Positions 1 to 10,330 are shown, counted from the first letter of the stretch. The stretch is DNA of 64,000 bases from Deltaproteobacteria bacterium (GCA_020635195.1 JACKAG010000005.1:22559-86558), one strand, 5' to 3'. Made by a program: numbers and translations. Notes: generated by a model not told the origin, from the letters alone.

Positions 1-4
1 CTTA

Positions 5-778
5 TCAGACATCAGACGTCTTTTTTGAGGGAGATTTACGGATCATTCTGATCACCAGAATGGAAAGCTCATACATCACATAAAGGGGCAGAGCCATACC
101 AATCTGAGACATCGGATCTGGTGGTGTAAGCACAGCTCCTACAAACAAAGTCCCCACTATCACATAACGCCGGTATTTTGCCAGACCTTCCGCCGAAACC
201 AGATCAAGCACAGCCAAAAGAACCAGAATGACAGGGGTTTCGAAGACCAGACCAAAGCCCAGAATCATCAGTGTCAGCATGGACACATAGTCTGTAATGG
301 TAATCATAGGAACCCCGACCTCCTGTCCCAGCTGAATCAGGAATTCAAGAGCAAGGGGGAAGATAACCCAAAAACAGAACGCAATTCCGGAAATAAATAA
401 ACTTGTCGAAGCAAAAATAAATGGAAGAACCAGTTTTTTTTCGTGTTCATACAGAGCAGGCTCGATAAACTTCCAGAACTGCCAGATCCAGACAGGACTG
501 GAGACGATGACGGCACTGAGCAGACTAACCCGGATACTGGTTAGAAATACGTCCAGAGGCCCGGTAAAATGCAGGACTTCTTCTGCCGCAGGCAGAGCAG
601 ATCGCAGTGGTCCTTTCAGAAACTCAATCAATTCACGCGAAAAAATCATTGCCAGAATAAAGCAGACCAGGACAGCCGCAAAAGACCGGATCAGACACTG
701 ACGTAGTTCTGAAAGGTGCTCAAGCAGGCTCATGGCCTTCCCGCCATGTTCATCCATACTTTTTCTTCGCCTCCTCAC
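5..778 (-). CDS. tatC: Twin-arginine translocase subunit TatC
   Basis: 257-aa polytopic membrane ORF with TatC-like motifs 'SLLEHLSELR', 'FTGPLDVFLTSIRVS', 'FETPVILVLLA' and 'LTPPDPMSQ'. The start is ambiguous: GTG at 778, ATG at 757 or ATG at 733. Confidence 0.9.
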   Translation of the reverse strand: MRRRRKSMDEHGGKAMSLLEHLSELRQCLIRSFAAVLVCFILAMIFSRELIEFLKGPLRSALPAAEEVLHFTGPLDVFLTSIRVSLLSAVIVSSPVWIWQFWKFIEPALYEHEKKLVLPFIFASTSLFISGIAFCFWVIFPLALEFLIQLGQEVGVPMITITDYVSMLTLMILGFGLVFETPVILVLLAVLDLVSAEGLAKYRRYVIVGTLFVGAVLTPPDPMSQIGMALPLYVMYELSILVIRMIRKSPSKKTSDV

Positions 779-803
779 ATTCTCCTGTCATATCGCCCAT
801 CAC

Positions 804-3578
804 TCAGTGAGCCTCCAGCCAGTTATTCCCAACTCCCACTTCCACTTTCAGAGGAACGGAAAGTTGCATCGCCTGCTCCATCCCCTGGCGCACCAGCTCA
901 CACAGCTCCCCGACTTCTTCGTCCGGACATTCAAAAAGCAGTTCATCATGAACCTGTAACAGCATCTCGGCCTGCATGCTGCGCTCTCTGAGCATCCGGT
1001 CGATACGTATCATAGCAAGCTTAATCAGATCCGCAGCACTACCCTGAATGGGAGAATTGACCGCGATATGCCGGGCGCTTACAGCGGCCATGGCTCCTTC
1101 TTTGCCATCCAGGCCACTAATGGGGCGTCTTCTGCCACAAATCGTCTGACTGTATCCATGCTCTGTCGCAAAAGCAATCGCCTGATCGATAAAGCTCCGG
1201 ATACCGGGAAAGCTTTCAAAGTAGCAGTCGATAAACTCCCGGGCTTCTTTCTGGCTGACGCCTGTCGTTTTTGCAAGGCGCTGAGGCCCCATCCCATACG
1301 CAATTCCATAATTGATGGCCTTTGCCCGGGATCTGTCTGTAGAGCTGACATCTCCGGGCTCCTTCCGGAACATACTGGCTGCTGTACTGATATGAATATC
1401 CCTCTCCTGAGCAAAAGCCTCCCTGAGTCCAGAATCCCCGGATAAATGAGCAAGGATACGTAATTCAATCTGCGAATAATCCGCAGATATAAGTTTTGAA
1501 CCGGACCGGCTGACAAATGCAGAACGGACCTCCCGCCCCCGCGCTGTTCTGACAGGAATATTCTGTAGATTTGGACGAGAAGAACTCAGACGCCCCGTTG
1601 CAGTTCCGGTGGGATGAAAGCTGCTGTGAATCCGGCCCGTGGTTTCATGAATCAGTTGTGGCAGTGTATCCACATAAGTATTTTTCAGCTTATAAATTTC
1701 CCGATACGAGAGGAGAGCAGCGACAAAAGGGTGTGATGACATCGATTCCAGGACTGAAACATCCGTTGAATAACCACTCTTCGTCTTTTTAATCTTTGTC
1801 ACCCCTAATTGTTCATGAATCCGGAGCTTATCAAAGAGAATCACGCGGAGCTGTGCAGGGGAATTCACATTGAATTCTTCACCGGCCTCCCGGTAAATCT
1901 GAGCCTGTAATGACTGGATATCCCCAAGAAAGGTTTCCGAAAGATCCGCCAGAGCCTGGGCGTTGACAGAAATCCCGACCTCTTCCATTCTGGCTAACAA
2001 GGGCAAGACAGGCAAATCAATGTCCTGATAAACCCTGAGAAGATCTCCTGACAAACGTGGGAAAAGCTTCTGATACAGCTGCAAACAACAGTCTGCATCC
2101 TCACTCGCATAAATAGCGAGTTTCTCCGGATCAGCCTGCCTCATGCTGATATCTTTTTTCGCTCCCATCAGAGCAGACGTCGGGATCTTTTCAATGCCAA
2201 GCTCTTCACGGCTCAGGGCGTCTATCCCATAACTTCCCCGGGAGGGGTTCAGGACAAAAGCCGCAACCATGCTATCTCCAAAAGGAGGACATAGGTTAAT
2301 TCCCAAATGTTTCAGCATCTGAAGATCAAATTTCAGATTATGAGCGACTTTAACTGGCCCCTCAGACTTTTCAAAAAGTGCTTTTAAAAGAGCCACAATC
2401 TCATCCTGAGTCATCTGGCTCTGATGCTCAGGAATCAGAGGAATATAGCAGGCCAGCCCAGGCCCCCAGGCAAGGCTGACTCCCAGCGGCCTGTCTGAAA
2501 CAAGATCAAGACCACTGGTTTCGGTATCAAAAGCAAAACAGTCGACCTTATGGAGATCAGCCAACACGGCATCCAGTTGTTCCCGTCTGGTCACAAACTG
2601 ATAAGAGCCTCTGGCAGCTGCAACAGCAAAGATCTCCGGGTCCTTCGGATCTTTGCTCTGTCTCTGCTGCTTCTGAGCTGTTTGACTCTGCTTTAAATCC
2701 TGGATGCCTTTTCTGATCCTGTCATTCAGCGACCTGAGTCCCATCTCTTCACAAAAGCCCAGCAGAGCTTCCTGAGCCAGAGCCTGATCCGGATCAAAAC
2801 TCATCTCGTCCCGCTTCAGATTCAGCGAAACATCCGTCCTGATCGTGACCAGCTGGCGAGACAAAAACGCCATGGACTTCTGCTCTCTTAGCATTTTAGC
2901 CTGACGGGGATTCCCAATCTGATCGAGATTCTGATAAATGTCATCCAGACTTCCCCAGCGCCGGATCAGACTGGTCGCACCTTTCTCTCCGATACCTCTG
3001 ACGCCAGGGACATGATCCGAAGAATCGCCCCAGATTGCCAGAACATCCCGGACCTGGTCCGGACGGCAGCCAAATTTCCTGAACACCCCTTCCGTATCAA
3101 CCAGTTCAATACTCTGATTTTTTTTAGGCGCATAAAGGAAAACTCTGTCATTGATCAGCTGCATAAAATCTTTGTCACCTGAAACAATATAACAGGATGT
3201 TTCCGCATCGGCCCACTGGCTGACCAGAGAGCCAATCAGGTCATCTGCTTCCAGCCCCTTTTCCTGAATCAGGGGCAGCCCCCACAGAGAAAACATCCGG
3301 AACAGCTCAGGAATCTGTCTGGCGAGGGCCTCTGGCATCTCTCCACGGTTTGCCTTATATTCCGGATAAATTTCATGGCGGAAATTCGGCCCCTCTGAAT
3401 CACTGGCCAGAATCAGTAAATCAGGTCTTTCCCTTTCAATCAAACCCATCAGAAACATAGCAGAGCCGTGCAATGCAGACGTCGGAAACCCCGCCTGATT
3501 GGTAAAGCCACGGGGAGATAAGGCATGAAAAAGCCTGAAAGCCATCGCCATTACATCCACAACAAAGATTTTTCGCAT
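804..3578 (-). CDS. polA: DNA polymerase I (5'-3' exonuclease, 3'-5' exonuclease and polymerase domains)
   Basis: It has an N-terminal 5'-nuclease region ('GDKDFMQL', 'VPGVRGIGEKGA'), an ExoI-like motif 'FAFDTETSGLD', and polymerase motifs 'DYSQIELRILAHLS', 'RSRAKAINYGIAYGM' and 'LLQVHDELLFE'. I place the start at ATG 3576-3578 (MRKIFVVD). The ORF-track extension to 3722 looks non-coding. Confidence 0.95.
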   Translation of the reverse strand: MRKIFVVDVMAMAFRLFHALSPRGFTNQAGFPTSALHGSAMFLMGLIERERPDLLILASDSEGPNFRHEIYPEYKANRGEMPEALARQIPELFRMFSLWGLPLIQEKGLEADDLIGSLVSQWADAETSCYIVSGDKDFMQLINDRVFLYAPKKNQSIELVDTEGVFRKFGCRPDQVRDVLAIWGDSSDHVPGVRGIGEKGATSLIRRWGSLDDIYQNLDQIGNPRQAKMLREQKSMAFLSRQLVTIRTDVSLNLKRDEMSFDPDQALAQEALLGFCEEMGLRSLNDRIRKGIQDLKQSQTAQKQQRQSKDPKDPEIFAVAAARGSYQFVTRREQLDAVLADLHKVDCFAFDTETSGLDLVSDRPLGVSLAWGPGLACYIPLIPEHQSQMTQDEIVALLKALFEKSEGPVKVAHNLKFDLQMLKHLGINLCPPFGDSMVAAFVLNPSRGSYGIDALSREELGIEKIPTSALMGAKKDISMRQADPEKLAIYASEDADCCLQLYQKLFPRLSGDLLRVYQDIDLPVLPLLARMEEVGISVNAQALADLSETFLGDIQSLQAQIYREAGEEFNVNSPAQLRVILFDKLRIHEQLGVTKIKKTKSGYSTDVSVLESMSSHPFVAALLSYREIYKLKNTYVDTLPQLIHETTGRIHSSFHPTGTATGRLSSSRPNLQNIPVRTARGREVRSAFVSRSGSKLISADYSQIELRILAHLSGDSGLREAFAQERDIHISTAASMFRKEPGDVSSTDRSRAKAINYGIAYGMGPQRLAKTTGVSQKEAREFIDCYFESFPGIRSFIDQAIAFATEHGYSQTICGRRRPISGLDGKEGAMAAVSARHIAVNSPIQGSAADLIKLAMIRIDRMLRERSMQAEMLLQVHDELLFECPDEEVGELCELVRQGMEQAMQLSVPLKVEVGVGNNWLEAH

Positions 3579-3768
3579 GATCAGTCTCTTTCGTCTGGCA
3601 AGATCAGGTAGGTAAAGCAGAAAAACCGGCCGCTGGAAGATAGCACAGAAAATCACAGCCTGAAAGAAACAGAACCTTCCCGGCAAATAAGCGTTTGGGG
3701 GGAAGTTTGCGTTCCCTGGCAAATCAGTATACGATAAGTCCCGTCATTAAGTACAGGAGCAGGATAAG

Positions 3769-5064
3769 ATGGCTAACGATGATGTAGCAGAGCTAAAAAT
3801 CGGTTCAAAAGTGTATCCGTTACCTATCGTTGCAGGAACTATTGGAGATGAAGGTCTTGATATCCGGAAATTACGGCAGGACAGTGGTTATATCACCCTA
3901 GACTCAGGTTATGGGAATACCGGAGCCTGCAAAAGTGCGATCACCTTTATCGACGGGGAAAAGGGAATCCTCCGCTACCGTGGAATCCCTATTGAAATTC
4001 TGGCAGAAAAGTCAACTTTTGTCGAAACCAGCTACCTCCTCATCTATGGACACCTGCCCAACAAAGCCGAGCTCTCTGACTTCAGCAATAAACTCCGTTA
4101 TCATTCTTTGATTCATGAAGACATGCTGCATTTTTATGATGGCTATCCTTCAACAGCACATCCGATGGCCATCCTTTCCTCCATGGTCTGTTCCCTTTCC
4201 GCCTATTATCCGGATTCTCTCGATCCGAAAGACCCTGAGCAGGTGGATCACCTGATTCCCCGGGTCCTGTCAAAGCTCAGAACGATTGCAGCCTACTCTT
4301 ACAAGAAATCAATCGGACAACCTGTTGTCTATCCCAGAAACTCGCTCAGATATTGTGAAAATTTTCTGCATATGATGTTTGCAGTTCCTTCTGAGCCTTA
4401 TGAAGTAGATCCGGATATTGCCGCAGCTCTCAACATGCTGCTGATTCTGCATGCAGACCATGAGCAGAACTGTTCCACATCGACAGTCCGTCTGGTGGGC
4501 TCGTCGGATGCGAATCTTTTTGCCTCCATCGCAGCTGGTATCTGCGCTCTGTGGGGCCCCAAACATGGTGGTGCCAATCAGGCCGTCGTCGAAATGCTCG
4601 AAGAAATCCAGAGAAATGGCGGCGATGTTCAAAAAGCCCTCGCCTTATCAAAAGACAAAGACAGTCATTTTAAACTTATGGGTTTTGGGCACCGGGTCTA
4701 CAAAAATTTCGACCCCAGAGCAAAAGTCATCAAAGCCCAGTGCGACACCCTGCTGGGCAAGCTCAAGAAAGCAGATCCACTCCTGGATATCGCCCGACGT
4801 CTGGAAGAAGAAGCCCTGCGAGATCCTTATTTTGCAGACCGGAAACTTTACCCAAATGTTGATTTTTATTCGGGTGTTCTGTATCGGGTTCTGAACATCC
4901 CCATCAACATGTATACGGTGATGTTTTCTCTGGGACGCCTGCCAGGATGGATTGCCCACTGGAGAGAGATGCATCTGGGCGGAGATGAGCGGATTGGCCG
5001 TCCCAGGCAGATTTATACAGGTACCGTTGAAGCTCCTTATATTCCTCTCATGGAACGACGCTGA
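3769..5064 (+). CDS. gltA: Citrate synthase
   Basis: 431-aa ORF with 'ITFIDGEKGILRYRGIPIE', 'LILHADHEQNCSTSTVR' and 'GFGHRVYKNFDPRA', which are the catalytic His/His/Asp context of citrate synthases. Confidence 0.95.
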   Translation: MANDDVAELKIGSKVYPLPIVAGTIGDEGLDIRKLRQDSGYITLDSGYGNTGACKSAITFIDGEKGILRYRGIPIEILAEKSTFVETSYLLIYGHLPNKAELSDFSNKLRYHSLIHEDMLHFYDGYPSTAHPMAILSSMVCSLSAYYPDSLDPKDPEQVDHLIPRVLSKLRTIAAYSYKKSIGQPVVYPRNSLRYCENFLHMMFAVPSEPYEVDPDIAAALNMLLILHADHEQNCSTSTVRLVGSSDANLFASIAAGICALWGPKHGGANQAVVEMLEEIQRNGGDVQKALALSKDKDSHFKLMGFGHRVYKNFDPRAKVIKAQCDTLLGKLKKADPLLDIARRLEEEALRDPYFADRKLYPNVDFYSGVLYRVLNIPINMYTVMFSLGRLPGWIAHWREMHLGGDERIGRPRQIYTGTVEAPYIPLMERR

Positions 5065-5081
5065 AGATAGAAATCCGGAAA

Positions 5082-5120
5082 GCCCTGCGGAAAAAACATG
5101 GTCCGCAGGGCGGATGATTT
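5082..5120 (+). terminator. Candidate intrinsic terminator downstream of gltA
   Basis: A 9-bp GC-rich inverted repeat, GCCCTGCGG (5082-5090) and CCGCAGGGC (5103-5111), flanks a 12-nt loop and is followed by GGATGATTTTG. It starts 18 nt after the gltA stop. Confidence 0.45.
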
Positions 5121-5332
5121 TGCCGGGACTCTGGCGAAGCTGTAAAATAGTTTCAGCTATTGCCATTTTTCATGAAATCGAAGACAAAGCGTTCAGGGGA
5201 TCAGAAACCCTGAATCTTTATATGCACTCATTGTCAAGCAGAAGGCTTCCCATGCATTTCAGACGGACATCTTCCTGCCCTGCTAAGAGACAGAAGAACC
5301 CAAAGCAAAGGACCAGAATTGCTCACTCCAGA

Positions 5333-6211
5333 ATGTCCCTCTGGCACGTTCTGACTGTGTTCGCCGGGGCTGCTGCCAGCCCTCTCCTTGCAGACAACAG
5401 CCAGATTCCGGACGTTGCTGTACAACCTGCGGTCGCAGAGCTCCAGCTGACAACCGCAACATCTGTCATTGACCGGATGCTGATGGCAGGACCGGTTGTC
5501 TCACTCGTCTTGCTGATCCTAGCTTCTATGTCTGTCTTTACCTGGGCAATCTTTCTGAGCAAATGGCTTTATCTGAAACGTATTCATAAAAATTGTGAGG
5601 CTTTTATCAAGAGCTTCTGGGACAGCCGCTCCCTGAATGATCTCAACAGCCGACTGCTGGACTATCCTTATAGTCCGGTCAGAGAGGTCTTCAGAAGCGG
5701 CTATGCTGAGCTGGTCCGGGGAAGCCAGATGCGGGAATCTGGTAATCAGACACACAGTGAACTTGCCATGCGGGTTGCAATCGACAACCTCAGCAGAAGC
5801 CTTCAGAAATCACGCCAGACAGAAAAGCAGCAACTTGAACGATACCTTCCCGTCCTCGCCATAAGCGCCTCTGCATGTCCTTTTATCGGGCTGTTCGGAA
5901 CCGTATGGGGAATTATGACCGCATTTGAAGGTATTGCCCGAAGCGGAAGCTCAAGTCTTGCTGCCGTTGCTCCCGGAATCTCAGAAGCTCTTGTGGCCAC
6001 AGCCTTTGGTCTGGCTGCGGCCATCCCGGCAGCCGTCGGATACAATATCGCAGCGTACCGGATCAGAGGAATGATGGCCCATCTGGATGGTTTTGGTCAT
6101 GATTTTCTGAATATCGTCGAGCGATATCTTTTTACAGATAAGTTCAGCAATCAGAATCGTCCGGCCAGAACAGACCCTGTCCGGGATACCAGCACACCAG
6201 GAGTCCCTTAA
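5333..6211 (+). CDS. tolQ: MotA/TolQ/ExbB-family proton channel (TolQ by synteny)
   Basis: It has TM helices and the family motifs 'GLFGTVWGIMTAF' and 'VAPGISEALVATAFGLAAAIPA', and is followed by tolR/tolA/tolB. I place the start at ATG 5333 (MSLWHV). The ORF-track start at 4952 overlaps the gltA 3' end and is rejected. Confidence 0.85.
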   Translation: MSLWHVLTVFAGAAASPLLADNSQIPDVAVQPAVAELQLTTATSVIDRMLMAGPVVSLVLLILASMSVFTWAIFLSKWLYLKRIHKNCEAFIKSFWDSRSLNDLNSRLLDYPYSPVREVFRSGYAELVRGSQMRESGNQTHSELAMRVAIDNLSRSLQKSRQTEKQQLERYLPVLAISASACPFIGLFGTVWGIMTAFEGIARSGSSSLAAVAPGISEALVATAFGLAAAIPAAVGYNIAAYRIRGMMAHLDGFGHDFLNIVERYLFTDKFSNQNRPARTDPVRDTSTPGVP

Positions 6212-6213
6212 AC

Positions 6214-6648
6214 GTGGCGTTTGCTTCCATCAGTCCCTCCGGACCAGATGATGACAACAAGGACCTTGCGGAGATCAACATCATTCCGCTGGTAGATATC
6301 ATGCTGGTGCTTCTCATCATCTTTATGGTTGCAGCCCCACTGTCCATCAGTGGAATTCATGTACAACTCCCCAGAAGTCAGGCAAAAGGCGGGCAGGTTG
6401 ATCAAAAGAAAATCATCCTCTCTATCGATGAAAAAGGGGATTATTTTATAGATAAAACCAGAATCCAACCAGAACATCTGGAGGCTAAAATAGAAGCCGT
6501 TTTTGCCGTTCGGGACGAAAAAGAGCTTTATATCAGAGCAGATAAAAATGTGTCCTATGGTCGGGTCGTTGATGCCATGACTGCCGCTAAACTCGCAGGA
6601 GTCCGGAAACTGTCTATGCTGACAACAGCACCTGCCAGCCCCCGCTGA
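6214..6648 (+). CDS. tolR: ExbD/TolR-family protein
   Basis: 144 aa with a GTG start 3 nt after the tolQ stop. It has a single TM helix 'INIIPLVDIMLVLLIIFMVAAP' and a periplasmic ExbD-like domain ('LYIRADKNVSYGRVVDAM'). Confidence 0.85.
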   Translation: MAFASISPSGPDDDNKDLAEINIIPLVDIMLVLLIIFMVAAPLSISGIHVQLPRSQAKGGQVDQKKIILSIDEKGDYFIDKTRIQPEHLEAKIEAVFAVRDEKELYIRADKNVSYGRVVDAMTAAKLAGVRKLSMLTTAPASPR

Positions 6649-6688
6649 GACTTCAGTGGCCTGACGTCTTATTTCAGGAGATATCGGT

Positions 6689-7546
6689 TTGAGCCCGAAT
6701 CCGTTCCACAGGGAGTCACAAAAGACCGAAACCCTTGTGCTGAAAATATTCCTCTTTTTTTCTGTCACGATGCATGTTGCTATCCTGCTGATCTCTCCGG
6801 CAGACTGGGCCATCCCCAGACCCACGACTCCAGCCGAATTTGCCATTGAAGCTGGCCTGGTGATGGAAGAACTGCCGATACTAAACCATACGAAAGATCC
6901 GGAAATCCCGGAAGCTATGGACCCAAAGCAGGCAAAGAAAATGCTGCCTCAGCTCCCTAAGCGTGTACAGATCCGTGATTCTGCAAACTCCACTGAAGAA
7001 GGTGCTTTTGACCCTTCTGAGACTGCAAAACAAGCTTCAGAAGACACGCAGAAAAAAATGGTAACGACAAAAGCAGCTGAGAGCCTCACTCAGGACCAGG
7101 AAGCGGCAGAGTATTATAAAGATGAAATTTTCAAACGACTGGAAAAAGAGCTCCGGCGACAACAGCATAAGGAAAAGAAAGAAGAAAAAAAGCGTAAAAA
7201 AGATGCAAAAATAACCCGCCAACTTTTATCGAAACGAAAGCAGGAGCTGAAAGAACGGAGCTCCGCCAATGCAGAGCATCCCTACGTAAGAGAACTCCAG
7301 CAGAGTATCAACGCCCGCTACATCCCTCCGGCTATCTACCAGAATCCGGCCTATGGGCAAACCGTGATATTATTGCAAATTGGCCGAAATGGTGCCATTG
7401 AAAGCCTCCGGATGATCCATTCATCAAACAACGTCGCTCTTGACCGTTTTGCTGAAAAAAGCCTCAATGACATGAGTCCGTTTCCTTCTCCTCCCCGGGA
7501 ACTGTGGGGACAAGCGTTTCAGATTCATCTTGGCAGACGGATGTAA
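6689..7546 (+). CDS. tolA: TolA/TonB-family envelope-spanning protein
   Basis: It has an N-terminal TM helix, a Lys/Glu-rich helical linker ('KEKKEEKKRKKDAK') and a C-terminal TonB/TolA-like domain. It sits between tolR and tolB and uses a TTG start. Confidence 0.65.
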   Translation: MSPNPFHRESQKTETLVLKIFLFFSVTMHVAILLISPADWAIPRPTTPAEFAIEAGLVMEELPILNHTKDPEIPEAMDPKQAKKMLPQLPKRVQIRDSANSTEEGAFDPSETAKQASEDTQKKMVTTKAAESLTQDQEAAEYYKDEIFKRLEKELRRQQHKEKKEEKKRKKDAKITRQLLSKRKQELKERSSANAEHPYVRELQQSINARYIPPAIYQNPAYGQTVILLQIGRNGAIESLRMIHSSNNVALDRFAEKSLNDMSPFPSPPRELWGQAFQIHLGRRM

Positions 7547-7602
7547 CCATCCTGTCATGAAACTCTGTCTGCCCACAAAGAAGAAAAAGGAGAATAGCAG
7601 AC

Positions 7603-9021
7603 ATGATACGCAATCTATTACTGAAGATGTTCCAGGGAAGCCTGCTCCTTTGCCTCATGAGCCAGGCATCTGCAAACATCCAACCCATCGTCATCAATAT
7701 CGACAATCCGAAATTCAGAAAACTGGTCACCGCGATCCCCGAAATGACGGTCAGCCCGGACCAGAAGGACATGACAGGCCACGGAGCACGACTCAGCAAA
7801 AGACTTAGTCAGCTTCTTGAATTTTCAGGTTATTTCAGAATACTCCGGGAAGCCGGACTCCGGGGAATGACAGAGACAAGGACCACCAGAGCAGATCCGG
7901 ACAAAATTGCAGGCTTTGAGAAAGAAGACCTGCGACAATGGCAGGCTATCGGGGTTGAATCTCTCACCATAGGCCGCCTGATCCGACTGCCACAGGGAAC
8001 ATACAGGCTGGAACTACGCAGCGCAGATATTTCTGCTGGTCAGCGTCTCCTGGGAAAAGCATACATCCTGAAGAGCCTGGATGAGGCAGATATGGCCCTG
8101 AAACAGTATGCCGATCAGCTCCTGACAGCCTACACTGGAAAACCCGGAATCTTTAACAGCAAAATCATCTTTACCGGAAAGAAAACCTTACACTCCATGA
8201 AGCAGATTTATATGTGTGATGTCGACGGAGGGGGCCTGATACAGCTGACCTCTGCAAAAGCAATTCATCTGTCACCCTCTTTCAGTCCTGATGGCAGTAA
8301 AATTCTGTATACATCCTATGAATCAGGAAATCCGGACCTTTATATGATGAACCTCAGCAACCGAAGCGTGCAGAAAATTTCCGGAGAACAAGGCCTTAAC
8401 AGCGGAGGAGTCTTTTCTGACAACGGCAAACTGATCGCTTTTTCAGGCTCCATTGCCGGAAACACGGAAATTTACATGAAAGACTTTATCAGCCCGCAGC
8501 GTCGGCCTCTGCTCCAGGGACATGGCATTGATGTTGATCCGGCTTTTTCTCCGGATGGAAGGTGGCTGGCTTTTGTCTCAGGAAGATACGGGCAGCCTCA
8601 TATTTTCCGTGCCGCACTGCAATGGAATCAGGATCGCAGCCAGGTCAGAGTAACCGGCGATACCCGCCTCACTTATGCAGGCTGGTACAATGCCACACCA
8701 GCCTGGTCACCCGACTCCGCAAGGCTGGCGTTTGCAGGCTTTGACCGGGATATTGGGCGCTTCGACCTCTTCCTGATGAATGCTGATGGTACAAATATGG
8801 AACGGCTCACCCTGAATGCAGGAGATAACGAGAATCCCTCCTGGTCGCCAAACGGTCAGATGATCATATTCAGTTCAAACCGGATTGCCCCTGCGGGGGC
8901 CAGAAAGGGACCACCGCAACTCTTTATCATGAACCGGGATGGAAGCAGCCAGCGAGTCCTGGCCACAGGCCTCTATTCTGCTGAAACCCCCCGCTGGGGT
9001 CCGTTTACGCTGACACACTGA
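7603..9021 (+). CDS. tolB: Tol-Pal system beta-propeller protein TolB
   Basis: It has a signal peptide and an N-terminal TolB domain, followed by repeated PD40 motifs ('SPSFSPDGSKILYTSYESGNPDLYM', 'PAFSPDGRWLAFVS', 'PAWSPDSARLAFAG', 'PSWSPNGQMIIFSSNR'). Confidence 0.92.
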   Translation: MIRNLLLKMFQGSLLLCLMSQASANIQPIVINIDNPKFRKLVTAIPEMTVSPDQKDMTGHGARLSKRLSQLLEFSGYFRILREAGLRGMTETRTTRADPDKIAGFEKEDLRQWQAIGVESLTIGRLIRLPQGTYRLELRSADISAGQRLLGKAYILKSLDEADMALKQYADQLLTAYTGKPGIFNSKIIFTGKKTLHSMKQIYMCDVDGGGLIQLTSAKAIHLSPSFSPDGSKILYTSYESGNPDLYMMNLSNRSVQKISGEQGLNSGGVFSDNGKLIAFSGSIAGNTEIYMKDFISPQRRPLLQGHGIDVDPAFSPDGRWLAFVSGRYGQPHIFRAALQWNQDRSQVRVTGDTRLTYAGWYNATPAWSPDSARLAFAGFDRDIGRFDLFLMNADGTNMERLTLNAGDNENPSWSPNGQMIIFSSNRIAPAGARKGPPQLFIMNRDGSSQRVLATGLYSAETPRWGPFTLTH

Positions 9022-9067
9022 CTCTGGTTTTCCAGAAATCAGCCCGGGTTTCTGCGACGCTCTGCGA

Positions 9068-10330
9068 TCAGTCTTCCAGAAGTGAGAATATACGCTCACA
9101 CCAGATTCTGCTGAACGCACTTTCCTGATAAGATCGGCCTTCCCACTGCAAACTGGCCTGCCCATCTGCTGACATGGCAGCCCGGAGTCCCTGCAGTCGA
9201 ACCGAAAGATCCTGAAGAATACTCCGGGATGTTTCTTCATTAATATCAAAGGTTTGCCTTCTCTTAACAAGAACCAAACCCGCAACATCTTCATCATAAA
9301 CTCGATAACAAATAGAGCGAGTTCTACGGAAATATCTGCTAAGTTCTTCCAGAAAATCCTGATCACAGAGACGAAGAAAACTGGCAGGCAGACGTGTTAG
9401 CATCAGATGGGCTAATCTGAGCCTTCTGCTGACTTCTGCCTGGTTGAAACAATTCTGAAGCTCAAAAGGGATGAGTTTCTCTGAAATGTTGACATGCAGA
9501 CGATCGGCGTAGTCTTCAGCATAAGCCATCTCAAACCCCTCGCTACGCATCTTCTTCTCAATAGAAGCTCTCACAATTTCAGTGACCCTCTCAAAGAGAG
9601 GCAGCTGCGGAAACTCTTGCTCCATCATAGCCAGGTTCACAGAGGAGAAAGCCCTCAAAACCTTAGTCTCAATATCATTACATAAAGCATCCCATAGCGC
9701 ACTGAGGACAAGAACAGAAGCCAGACGCAGCCTCTGTGACTGCCACGGCGCTGGGGCCAGCTTCCGGCAAAGAAGTTCCGTGAGCCTGTCCATATCAGCC
9801 GCAAGCAGATCCGGAGAACTCTGCTGATGCATATTCACAAGAGAGTTCATCCATCCCGAAATCTCATGGACTGCCTTTTGGGCTGACAGCTCCCCTCGAA
9901 TATCCTCCACAAGACGCTGGCGCTGAATTTTCTGTAAAAAGTCCAGGTCACGGACCGGAATGATAGCTCCCCCGGACAGGGTGGTCTCCGACAGCAGAGC
10001 ATCCGGATCAGAGTCTTCGGGATTTCCAGCAAGAGAGATCCCTTCCATAAACCATGCAGGCCCTTGTGGCAGCGGAAGCTCAATCGCCACCCTCTCTACC
10101 GGGATGCTCAGAGCCATCGAAATCCCCCGAATCAGATCCGGGATACGATGCTCCGCATCAATCTGATAAGCGATAAGATCAGATGATTCCCCGCTATTGA
10201 AAGCATCGACAGATCTGAGATAAAGATATAATTGAGGAGAGGTGGTGTCGATTTCCACCGCGGATGCAGGTCGTGAGAGTAAAGATGTGAATGACGAAAC
10301 AAGAAGACAAAAGATAACAGAGGATTTCAT
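9068..10330 (-). CDS. Secreted hypothetical protein, paralog A (tentative N-terminal beta-grasp/ubiquitin-like region plus a helical C-terminal region)
   Basis: 420-aa ORF with signal peptide 'MKSSVIFCLLVSSFTSLLSRPASA'. It shares several collinear motifs with the neighbouring ORF at 10641-11786: 'DPDALLSETTLSGGAI' vs 'DDPEMPLSETGFTPSGGSL', 'RLRLASVLVLSALWD' vs 'IRRLALLLTVFEED', and 'FLRLCDQDFLEEL' vs 'FLKLCDMNHSDLLSEVL'. I recognise no family. Confidence 0.7.
   Translation of the reverse strand: MKSSVIFCLLVSSFTSLLSRPASAVEIDTTSPQLYLYLRSVDAFNSGESSDLIAYQIDAEHRIPDLIRGISMALSIPVERVAIELPLPQGPAWFMEGISLAGNPEDSDPDALLSETTLSGGAIIPVRDLDFLQKIQRQRLVEDIRGELSAQKAVHEISGWMNSLVNMHQQSSPDLLAADMDRLTELLCRKLAPAPWQSQRLRLASVLVLSALWDALCNDIETKVLRAFSSVNLAMMEQEFPQLPLFERVTEIVRASIEKKMRSEGFEMAYAEDYADRLHVNISEKLIPFELQNCFNQAEVSRRLRLAHLMLTRLPASFLRLCDQDFLEELSRYFRRTRSICYRVYDEDVAGLVLVKRRQTFDINEETSRSILQDLSVRLQGLRAAMSADGQASLQWEGRSYQESAFSRIWCERIFSLLED

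Noticed and set aside
4952-5332. Upstream extensions of ORF-track entries. They affect tolQ from 4952, polA to 3722, pckG to 16602, the TonB-dependent receptor to 54738, the DUF4360-like gene from 55744 and the DUF1588-like gene from 59822.
   Set aside because: In each case homology-like sequence, a signal peptide or an RBS begins at an internal ATG. The extension either overlaps a neighbouring gene or has no family-like sequence.
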